Assembly: GCF_000392435.1 (NCBI RefSeq)
Contig: NC_021219.1
Span: forward strand, 600,001-632,000
Source: Candidatus Saccharimonas aalborgensis
Lineage (GTDB): Bacteria > Patescibacteriota > Saccharimonadia > Saccharimonadales > Saccharimonadaceae
Direction: 5' to 3'
DNA: 32,000 bases
Below the pieces are notes generated by a model, which was not told the DNA's origin, did not search any database, and saw only the letters and a list, made by a program, of their open reading frames with translations. Positions 1 to 6,825 of this stretch are shown here, in pieces (positions within the stretch are counted from its first letter, which is position 1; every line of letters starts with the position of its first letter). The position numbers and the translations under genes were made by a program.

Positions 1-1
1 C

Positions 2-61
2 ACCACTATCGCTGACGGAAACTACTCAGATGTTGTCACCTATACGGCAACAACCAACTAG
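2..61 (+). CDS. 3' end of an ORF entering from the left edge; probable secreted beta-sandwich surface protein tail (WxL-like or fimbrial-like C-terminal strand)
   Basis: Frame 2 is open from the window edge to TAG 59-61 (TTIADGNYSDVVTYTATTN*). The alternating beta-strand pattern resembles the last strand of the LamG protein at 1878..3263 (YSNIVTVTGTITP*). Too short to classify. Confidence 0.3.
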   Translation, partial: TTIADGNYSDVVTYTATTN

Positions 62-124
62 TATATTTGAGTGATCGCAATAATAAACCGCTCCGGCTTC
101 TGGGGCGGTTTTCGTACCAGAGAG

Positions 125-153
125 TTGTCCGCTTGTGCTTATCGAGGTATACT
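125..153 (+). promoter_or_regulatory. sigma70-type promoter, leaderless-type geometry
   Basis: TTGTCC (125-130), 17-nt spacer, TATACT (148-153). ATG 161 lies 7 nt after the -10 box and there is no SD. Confidence 0.45.
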
Positions 154-160
154 AGCTAAC

Positions 161-1066
161 ATGAGAATTACGGTATTAGCACGATGCGCACTTGTCGTGG
201 CAGGAACATTTTTGGTAGCGAGTGCACCCCAGGCAGTCCATGCGGCGGATCAGGTAGAGAGTATCACCCTGTCTCCAACCAGTAAGAAGTATACGTTTGA
301 TCCCGGATCAACAAAGGAAGATTCGTTTACTATCCTCAACGATGGTGAAGTGGCATACGACTTCTTAGTCTACGCAGAGCCATACTCACTTGATCCCGTA
401 ACAAGCCAACCTATCTATCAGGGGAGTAAGGCAGCAAACGCCGATGCCAATACGTGGGTGTCCTTCGCGCAGACTAGGTGGCACATTGATCCACATCAGT
501 CCGTACGGGTGCCGTATACAATTCGCGTCAAAGACACCGCTTCGCCCGGTGGACACTACGGGGTGATATTTGCAGAGACGCAGCCGCAATCGTCCGATAC
601 TCAGGGTGTGTCGCTTGGACGAAAGAAGCGCGTAGGGATGATCATCTATAGTACGGTTACAGGTGATCTAAAACCGGCGGGTGCAGTTAAGCAGATTCAG
701 ATCGACGGGTATCAGTCTCAGACGCCGCTTGAAGCATCGGTCCATATCGAGAACACAGGTAATACGGATTTTTTCCCCACCGTTAGCTACCGAGTGGAAG
801 ATGTCTTCGGCAATACAAAATACCAAACGACAAGCTCGGACCATATCGTGCTGCCCGGTATCACTCGGACGATTCCTATGAGTTGGGATCAGGCATCGTG
901 GTTGGGGTTCTATAAAGTCACGGTCAGTACAACGGTGTTGGGCAATACCACAACCCAGTCTTCGTACGTATTTGTCGCACCGCAGTGGTTTATTCTCCTT
1001 GTGGTAGTCTTGATAGCAACGGGTGTCGTTTATGCGATACGTAGTCACCAGACACGCCGTCGTTAG
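161..1066 (+). CDS. DUF916/DUF3324-like (CscA-type) cell-surface protein; signal peptide plus C-terminal TM anchor
   Basis: From ORF 71..1066; the preferred start is ATG 161 (MRITVLARCALVVAGTFLVASAPQAVHA, a signal peptide). There are two beta-rich halves (YTFDPGSTKEDSFTILNDGEVAYDFLVYA; PGGHYGVIFAE; HIENTGNTDFFP). The C-terminus has a TM helix WFILLVVVLIATGVVYAI followed by a basic tail RSHQTRRR. The family call rests on architecture and motif pattern only. Confidence 0.55.
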   Translation: MRITVLARCALVVAGTFLVASAPQAVHAADQVESITLSPTSKKYTFDPGSTKEDSFTILNDGEVAYDFLVYAEPYSLDPVTSQPIYQGSKAANADANTWVSFAQTRWHIDPHQSVRVPYTIRVKDTASPGGHYGVIFAETQPQSSDTQGVSLGRKKRVGMIIYSTVTGDLKPAGAVKQIQIDGYQSQTPLEASVHIENTGNTDFFPTVSYRVEDVFGNTKYQTTSSDHIVLPGITRTIPMSWDQASWLGFYKVTVSTTVLGNTTTQSSYVFVAPQWFILLVVVLIATGVVYAIRSHQTRRR

Positions 1067-1850
1067 GCGCGTTGCCGTTGCTGCAGTGGTCACCATGACC
1101 CTAGTTTTGGGGGCCGCCCCTAGCTATGCTCTCACGTCAAATAGTGGCACAACCATCAATGTTGGTATTTGTGGTACCTCTGGAAGCACGCAATTGGCTA
1201 TTAGTTCTCCAGTGGCAAATTCGACTGTGTCCTCGGTCCCTGTGACGATACAAGGAGTGGTCAACCGGATATCGCAAATTTCTGTCTACCGTGATGGTCA
1301 GTATGATGGCGTCATACCGCTTAACACTGGTGCAACTACGTTTAGTTACATTGCGACTATGACGGCCGGTAGTCACGTGTTTCGATTTGAGGGTGTCGAT
1401 ATTTGTCAGCAGACAACACCTGTTGCTGAGATAACGATTACCTATGATCAAGCTGTTATTATCACGCACCCATCAACTCCCGGGACAGCATCGAACCCTG
1501 GTACTACGACACCAGTGACTGGGCCGGGTATCACTGAGTTTTTAGAAGGCCTTCCGCCGATAAAAATTATTTCCGATGGGTTCTATAAGCTGCTGGTGTG
1601 GTTGGATTTTGCATCACCGACCTCCTTTAGCTCTGTACCACGGATGGCCCAGCGCTTTACAGGAATGACTGTTGGACTCGCACTACTATTTTTGGCGCGC
1701 CCGCTCCTCGATGGTTATCGCTATGTTCGTTACGTAAAACTTGGTTGGCGCGCCCGTCCATTGCCGCTAGTCCTCCGTAGCCATCCCCTGGTTCTCCTGC
1801 GTATCTCCGGACTTATCATTATCACTATCGTCATTCTATTTCTCGCATAA
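1023..1850 (+). CDS. secreted Ig-like-domain protein with two C-terminal TM helices
   Basis: GTG 1023 or ATG 1032 is the start, overlapping the upstream stop. Arg-rich n-region plus hydrophobic core and SYA|LT cleavage-like site. Bacterial Ig-like pattern (LAISSPVANSTVSSVPVTIQGVV..ISVYRDGQY..GSHVFRFEGVD). Pro/Thr linker. Hydrophobic C-terminus (MTVGLALLFLARPLL; LLRISGLIIITIVILFLA). Confidence 0.55.
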   Translation: MSFMRYVVTRHAVVRRVAVAAVVTMTLVLGAAPSYALTSNSGTTINVGICGTSGSTQLAISSPVANSTVSSVPVTIQGVVNRISQISVYRDGQYDGVIPLNTGATTFSYIATMTAGSHVFRFEGVDICQQTTPVAEITITYDQAVIITHPSTPGTASNPGTTTPVTGPGITEFLEGLPPIKIISDGFYKLLVWLDFASPTSFSSVPRMAQRFTGMTVGLALLFLARPLLDGYRYVRYVKLGWRARPLPLVLRSHPLVLLRISGLIIITIVILFLA

Positions 1851-1877
1851 GTTTGTCTCTGATATACTGAGAAAAGC

Positions 1878-3263
1878 ATGAGGGTATCTGTGAGGAACGT
1901 AGGTGTGCTGCTACTTGCCATTATGATAGGCGGTAGTTTTGTTAGCACAGTGAGAGCTGATCGATATAGCTCGTCTCATTATGTGATTGATGCCAGTGTC
2001 GTCGGCAATAGTTTCGGTGGTTCACAGAGCTCCACAAGTTACAAACTAACGAGTAGCGGCGGTGAGAGTATTGTCGGCAATGGACAGGGTGGCAGTTATA
2101 AGGTAGGAATGGGATACGTGGCGCAGTTAGATAAGAGTTTGACCCTGAGCTTGCAGCCAAGTGGTTTGAAGGCGTATTACCCACTCGAAGAAAATAGCGG
2201 TACGTTCACCAGAGATAGCAGTATAAACACTAGTAATGCCGATCTTCAAACCGGAACAACGTGGACGACGGGAAAGATAGGAAATGCGGTAAACACCAAT
2301 GCTAGCTCGTATGTGCAGGTACCCGATAGTACTAACCTCACGTTTAGTCAGAACATGACAGTCTCGCTCTGGGCAAATCAGGCATCAGCATCAACGGACA
2401 AGGCACTAATTGCTCATTGGAATCAAGCAGTGAGTAGTTCATGGGCGCTGCAGACCGGAACAAGTGCAAGTGTTCTGCGCGTTTTTATCGCGAACAGCCA
2501 GGGCGATACGGGCGGAAACTGTGTCGATACAGACGGAGCCTGGTCGGCTGGTTCATGGCATCATGTTGCGCTTGTCTATGATGGTACGCAAAGTACCGCG
2601 CTCGACCGAGCAAAGGTATACATTGATGGTGTTGTCCGCCCAATGTCTGTCTGCTTAGGAACGATACCAAGTTCACTGCAAGACAGCTCATCGTATCTAA
2701 CGATTGGCGCAATGCGCGGCCTTGGTAGGTATTTTAATGGTTCGCTTGATGAGGTGAAAATGTTTAATCGATCGCTCTCGGCCGATGAGGTCAAAGCTGA
2801 GTATGATGCGCAGGCGGCGGGCGTCTCGAGTGGTGTCACTTTGGGCACAATTACACCGGGCGTATCAAACAATGTGCTTGCTGACGCAGTGGTCGAAACT
2901 GATGCTAGCAGCTATACGCTTGCGATTAACCAAAACAATGATCTGACGAGTGGTTCCTATACAATCCCTGCTATTTCCAGTGGTACGATTGCTTCACCGG
3001 TTGCCTGGAACGAGGGGACAACTAAGGGTCTCGGATTTAGTCTTACGGCGACGAATGCTACTGCTATACCGGGATCATGGGGCAGTGGTGCAAATTATGC
3101 AGCGTTTCCCGGTACCGCCACCACTTTTTATACACGTACCGGCATGCCGACCGCAAAAGATTATGTTACTCTCAAAATTCGAGCAGATGTATCGACGACG
3201 CAGGTGAGTACAATCACGCCGTATAGCAATATCGTGACAGTGACAGGTACAATCACTCCATGA
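1878..3263 (+). CDS. LamG / concanavalin-A-like lectin domain surface protein
   Basis: Signal peptide VGVLLLAIMIGGSFVSTVRA. N-terminal triple S-x-x-Y motif (SSSHYVI, STSYKLT, GGSYKVG). Laminin_G_3 hallmarks: NLTFSQNMTVSLWAN, WHHVALVYDG..AKVYIDGV, YFNGSLDEVKMFNRSLSADEVKAEY. A C-terminal ~150-aa beta-rich domain ends YSNIVTVTGTITP*. The extended -10 TGaTATACT (1860-1868) sits 9 nt before the ATG. Confidence 0.75.
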   Translation: MRVSVRNVGVLLLAIMIGGSFVSTVRADRYSSSHYVIDASVVGNSFGGSQSSTSYKLTSSGGESIVGNGQGGSYKVGMGYVAQLDKSLTLSLQPSGLKAYYPLEENSGTFTRDSSINTSNADLQTGTTWTTGKIGNAVNTNASSYVQVPDSTNLTFSQNMTVSLWANQASASTDKALIAHWNQAVSSSWALQTGTSASVLRVFIANSQGDTGGNCVDTDGAWSAGSWHHVALVYDGTQSTALDRAKVYIDGVVRPMSVCLGTIPSSLQDSSSYLTIGAMRGLGRYFNGSLDEVKMFNRSLSADEVKAEYDAQAAGVSSGVTLGTITPGVSNNVLADAVVETDASSYTLAINQNNDLTSGSYTIPAISSGTIASPVAWNEGTTKGLGFSLTATNATAIPGSWGSGANYAAFPGTATTFYTRTGMPTAKDYVTLKIRADVSTTQVSTITPYSNIVTVTGTITP

Positions 3264-4144
3264 AATGTCGATTAGTTTTGGCGAGCGTCGTCGGTGTGTT
3301 GATCGGAGTCAGTGGGGGTACTCATTCGGTGCAGGCTGTATCGCTTAAGGTCACGCCGCTTGAGTATCGAACAACACTCCGCACGGGCGAGAAGAAAAAA
3401 GGATTTGTCGATATCGCCAACCCCGATACGGTCGCAGTAACGGTCACATTCACTGTCCAGGCATTTCGGCAAACTGATAATAATGGATCATTGCAGTTTT
3501 ATGACGACCCGCATATCGCAAAAGGCATTCAGCTTGACCTTGATAGTGTTAGGTTGGGACCTCGAGAAGTAATCCATCTGGCATTTTTGCTGGATGGATC
3601 AGTATTGCCAGCGGGTGACACTTATGCAGCGATCTTTGCGGCATCGACACCGTCATCGAACGGAATGGCGCAGGCAGCGCGAGTTGGGACGTTGCTTTCA
3701 ATTCAAAACGGCACACCCGCAGGTCACGAGGCAAAGGTTTCAGCACTTGCTGCCTCCTTCTTCCAGGTTGGCTCGGAACTTACTGCCACTATCGATGTTA
3801 TGAATCAAGCCGATCCGGCAAAGTATACTGGGTATTATCCAAAGATAGTCGTTGGCTCTGTTCCTTACGGACAAAAAACAGTCGAGGGTCCGCTCGTTTT
3901 TGCTGGCAGAACTCGCACGATTGATTATCGCCAGCCAGGGAACTATTTTGGATTTTTGTTGATTGAAGCCTCGGCTGAAGGCGGTAGTAAGTCACAGGTG
4001 GTGTTTGCGATAACTGGCTACTGGCGTTGGCTCATGCCGATTATCGCTGTTGCATTGATTGTGATAGCGCTCTATGTATATAACCAACGAAAAAAACACC
4101 GGTATCGTACTCACAAAAAAGTGACCAAAATCCCTGTTAAATAG
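3260..4144 (+). CDS. second DUF916/DUF3324-like (CscA-type) membrane-anchored surface protein
   Basis: ATGA start/stop overlap with the LamG gene (3260-3263). Signal peptide (LVLASVVGVLIGVSGGTHSVQA). Same layout as 161..1066: VSLKVTPLEYRTTLRTGEKKKGFVDIANPDTVAVTVTFTV, PAGDTYAAIFAAS, a second beta domain, a TM helix WLMPIIAVALIVIALYVY and a Lys/Arg tail. Confidence 0.5.
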   Translation: MKCRLVLASVVGVLIGVSGGTHSVQAVSLKVTPLEYRTTLRTGEKKKGFVDIANPDTVAVTVTFTVQAFRQTDNNGSLQFYDDPHIAKGIQLDLDSVRLGPREVIHLAFLLDGSVLPAGDTYAAIFAASTPSSNGMAQAARVGTLLSIQNGTPAGHEAKVSALAASFFQVGSELTATIDVMNQADPAKYTGYYPKIVVGSVPYGQKTVEGPLVFAGRTRTIDYRQPGNYFGFLLIEASAEGGSKSQVVFAITGYWRWLMPIIAVALIVIALYVYNQRKKHRYRTHKKVTKIPVK

Positions 4145-4173
4145 TTGTCATAAGCAGTATACTATACTATAGC
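4145..4173 (+). promoter_or_regulatory. candidate promoter of the first tail-fibre-like gene
   Basis: TTGTCA (4145-4150), 17-nt spacer, TATAGC (4168-4173). GGAGA SD at 4184-4188 lies 6 nt before TTG 4195. Confidence 0.35.
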
Positions 4174-4194
4174 CGTATTAAACGGAGATAGTAA

Positions 4195-4761
4195 TTGAGG
4201 TTCACTAAAAGACAAATTCAAGCGGTGTTATTCTTCGCAATACCAGTAATCATGGCATTCCTGGTCAATTTTGCGTTCCCGGCCTCTGTTCACGCCCTCA
4301 CCACCATCCCCTACAAGCTAAACTTCCAAGGCCGCCTGACCGATGCTTCTGGTAACCCTATGGCTGCTGGTACCTACAACATGAAATTCCGTATCTATGA
4401 TGCCAGTAGTGGGGGAACCCTAAAGTGGAGTGAGCAACGTGCCAATAGCGCTAGTACTGGTGTTACTGTCACCACTGGCGGTCTGTTCAGTGTCCAGCTC
4501 GGTGATGTATCGAGTCTGCCTGCTAATATCTTTAGTACCACCGACACTGCTACCCTGTACTTTGAGATAGAGCTCCCAACCCCCGCTACAGCTACCTGTA
4601 CTGGTGCATCTTGTGAATCCTACACTGAAGGACCTATGACCCCCAGAAACAAACTAGCCTCCAGCGCCTACAGCTTCAACTCCGACCTACTGGATGGGTT
4701 GGATTCGAGTGCTTTTGCGCAGGTAGGGGCAACACCAGCTTTACCGGTACACTTGGCGTAA
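4195..4761 (+). CDS. 5' fragment of a frameshifted tail-fibre-like surface protein gene (signal peptide plus shared N-terminal module)
   Basis: TTG start with a GGAGA SD. Signal peptide AVLFFAIPVIMAFLVNFAFPASVHA. Residues [14 protein letters not shown]...SSAFAQVGA are encoded by the 444-bp repeat. The ORF ends 29 nt after the repeat (TPALPVHLA*), while homology to the paralog continues in the -1 frame. Confidence 0.6.
   Translation: MRFTKRQIQAVLFFAIPVIMAFLVNFAFPASVHALTTIPYKLNFQGRLTDASGNPMAAGTYNMKFRIYDASSGGTLKWSEQRANSASTGVTVTTGGLFSVQLGDVSSLPANIFSTTDTATLYFEIELPTPATATCTGASCESYTEGPMTPRNKLASSAYSFNSDLLDGLDSSAFAQVGATPALPVHLA
4289..4732 (+). repeat. 444-bp direct repeat, copy 1 (identical to 6893..7336)
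   Basis: Compared base by base by eye: all 444 positions are identical, offset 2604 bp. The flanks on both sides are unrelated at nucleotide level. Confidence 0.95.
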
Positions 4762-4808
4762 ATCTGTCGAGTAGCACGGCATTTACTGTTGGCGCAAGTG
4801 GTACCAAT

Positions 4809-6146
4809 GTGCTGACGGCCGACACCACGAATGCGCTGGTCAAGATAGGTACTGCAGATAGCACTAGTCAGGTGCTGGTGCTCGACACCAACACTGCAGA
4901 TCCTGGAGCGGGCGCGACGTCGACCAACGGTGCGATGTACTACAATTCCACATCGGGCAAGTTTCGCTGCTACCAGGGTGCATGGACGGATTGTATTACT
5001 GCTGCTGGCGGCGCGACGCTGCAGACGGCCTACACCGCCTCGACTGGTGGCACAACACCGGAGATCAAGGCTGATGCCACACGGGCCGGGTTCGATATTC
5101 AAGATGCCGATACCACCATTGCTGGTACGTTATTTGCCGTGCGGGGGAGTAATGCCGGTGGGCTCGGTACAGCGCTCTTTGATGTTAGCAGCACTGGTGC
5201 AGCGCAATTTACTGTGCCATCGGCGTCGGCAACGGCTTTCACGCTACAAACTGCCGCCAGCACAAAGCTATTTGTCGCTGATAGTACAAGCGCGCGGATA
5301 TACATAGGCGGGTCAGCGGTGACAACCAATCCAATTACCCTTGTACTCAGCAACGCCTCGTCGGCATCCGACCCGACTGGGGTTGCTGGTTCGATGTACT
5401 ATAGCACCGCGAAAGATGCCTTTCGCTGCTATGAAGCTGGCATATGGCGTAATTGTATCGGCAATACTGACTCTACATCGGGTTATCGCTATGCCAATGA
5501 CCTGCTGGGGTCATTTACGACAACGGGTGATGTTTTCGCCAGCTCGACTGGCACCGGTGCTGCCACAGCGACGAGTAACGCAACCATTGCCACAAACCGC
5601 CCTGGTACATTTCGTTCGACGACTGGTACGACGACGACCGGACGAGCGGCATTCGGCTCGACAACAAATGCATTAGCATTAGGTGGGGGGCTCACACTGT
5701 ACGAAACAGCCGTCAACGTCACGACACTTTCTGGTGCGACGAATCGCTATAGCATGGTAGTCGGCTTCTATGATTCGACCACGGCTAACCAAGTCGATGC
5801 TGTCAGTTTTGTCTATGATGAAGGTGGTGTATCGACTGGTTCGACGGCGAGCGCAAACTGGCAAGTCGTCACGTCTTCGAACAGCACTCGGACGTGGACC
5901 ACCACCACCACGGCAGTCGGTGCAGGTACATGGGTTAAACTTGGCATCATTGTCAATGCAGCTGGTACCAGTGTCGGGTTCTATATCAATGGCACACTAG
6001 TGGCGACTCATACGGCCAATATCCCGACCGGTACTGCTCGAGCGCTTGGTTTTGGTTCACAAATACTCAAATCGGTCGGTACGACGGCTCGGACAGTCGA
6101 CATCGACTACTTGCAAGCCGAGATGGAATTCACGACGCCGCGGTAA
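4809..6146 (+). CDS. 3' fragment of the same frameshifted tail-fibre-like gene; ConA-like jelly-roll C-terminal domain
   Basis: This frame is open from 4629. From 4731 it reads NTSFTGTLGVNLSSSTAFTVGASGTNVLTADTTNALVKIGT, colinear with the paralog. Two G(A/S)MYY..FRCY..W..C motifs are present. The C-terminus (NWQVVTSSN..WVKLGIIVNAAGTSVGFYINGTLVATHTANIP..VDIDYL) looks like a LamG/ConA-type jelly roll. Confidence 0.6.
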   Translation: MLTADTTNALVKIGTADSTSQVLVLDTNTADPGAGATSTNGAMYYNSTSGKFRCYQGAWTDCITAAGGATLQTAYTASTGGTTPEIKADATRAGFDIQDADTTIAGTLFAVRGSNAGGLGTALFDVSSTGAAQFTVPSASATAFTLQTAASTKLFVADSTSARIYIGGSAVTTNPITLVLSNASSASDPTGVAGSMYYSTAKDAFRCYEAGIWRNCIGNTDSTSGYRYANDLLGSFTTTGDVFASSTGTGAATATSNATIATNRPGTFRSTTGTTTTGRAAFGSTTNALALGGGLTLYETAVNVTTLSGATNRYSMVVGFYDSTTANQVDAVSFVYDEGGVSTGSTASANWQVVTSSNSTRTWTTTTTAVGAGTWVKLGIIVNAAGTSVGFYINGTLVATHTANIPTGTARALGFGSQILKSVGTTARTVDIDYLQAEMEFTTPR

Positions 6147-6157
6147 TCGGGTATACT
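6129..6157 (+). promoter_or_regulatory. sigma70-type promoter, leaderless-type geometry
   Basis: TTCACG (6129-6134), 17-nt spacer, TATACT (6152-6157). ATG 6164 lies 6 nt downstream and there is no SD. Confidence 0.4.
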
Positions 6158-6163
6158 AATAAT

Positions 6164-6652
6164 ATGAAAGTAGACATGACATCAATGGGTGGTAGGGCGC
6201 GCAACGATGAAGATCGTGCAATTTCTACGTTACGCAGGCGGCCTGTTCTACGACGAGACATGCTTAGGATGACACGATTCTCGGTATTTGGTGCGGTGAT
6301 CTTTATTAGTGTCCTAATTTTTGCTGTATCGTTATATGTCCTCAATGGTCGTGATACATTGATTGATCCCTCGAAATATCAAGTGGTCTACCTTATAAAC
6401 GGACAGGCATATTTTGGTAAGTTACAGAATGTTCACGGTGAGTACTTGGTTATCAATAGCCCGTATACCGCACAAACAGCTCCGCAGCAGGCCAGTGACA
6501 AAGAGGCGGAGCAAGCTACGACACTTTTGCGTGTACGTGATCAGGTGTACGGCCCAGAAGACGCCATGTCCATAAAGTCGAGTCAGGTTGTGTTTTGGCA
6601 AAATCTTCGCGATGATAGCAAAGTGACACAGGCGCTCAAGAGTAAACAGTAG
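6164..6652 (+). CDS. small single-pass membrane protein, function unknown
   Basis: 162-aa ORF with a basic N-terminus, one TM helix (FSVFGAVIFISVLIFAVSLYVL) and an extracytoplasmic domain YQVVYLINGQAYFGKLQNVHGEYLVINSPY...VVFWQNL. It sits between the two repeat copies. Confidence 0.6.
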   Translation: MKVDMTSMGGRARNDEDRAISTLRRRPVLRRDMLRMTRFSVFGAVIFISVLIFAVSLYVLNGRDTLIDPSKYQVVYLINGQAYFGKLQNVHGEYLVINSPYTAQTAPQQASDKEAEQATTLLRVRDQVYGPEDAMSIKSSQVVFWQNLRDDSKVTQALKSKQ

Positions 6653-6704
6653 TACGTTCATACCATCTTTGGTAGTTATACCCAGTATTTGAATACTGCA
6701 TCGT

Positions 6705-6733
6705 TTGACGTTTCAAACCACAAGCACTATAGT
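6705..6733 (+). promoter_or_regulatory. candidate promoter of the LVIVD adhesin gene
   Basis: TTGACG (6705-6710), 17-nt spacer, TATAGT (6728-6733). A 15-codon ORF begins 5 nt after the -10 box (ATG 6739). Confidence 0.45.
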
Positions 6734-6825
6734 ATACCATGAGCCATACTCTCATTTCCTTTGAGTGGTGTGGAGAAAATAAATAATAAACGGGAAGAAA
6801 AATAATAAACACGACTAAAAAATCG

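Noticed and set aside
71-160. GTG 71 start for the first CscA-like gene; likewise 13817 for holA and 12903 for mutM
   Set aside because: The upstream extensions add non-signal-peptide sequence (71) or overlap the preceding gene (13817, 12903). Biology fixes the starts: a signal peptide at ATG 161, the TAATG overlap at 13856, and the Fpg N-terminal Pro at GTG 12972.
4720-4740. Programmed ribosomal frameshift joining 4195..4761 and 4809..6146
   Set aside because: No slippery heptamer or obvious downstream stimulatory structure. A 1-nt indel at the repeat junction, either mutation or assembly error, is more parsimonious.
668-5722. Numerous 60-145-aa minus-strand and off-frame ORFs inside the surface-protein genes (for example 668..1096, 4668..5102, 8406..8744)
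   Set aside because: All are nested in longer same-region ORFs that have signal peptides and repeat or domain structure. They are typical shadow ORFs of Thr/Gly/Ala/Ser-rich coding sequence.
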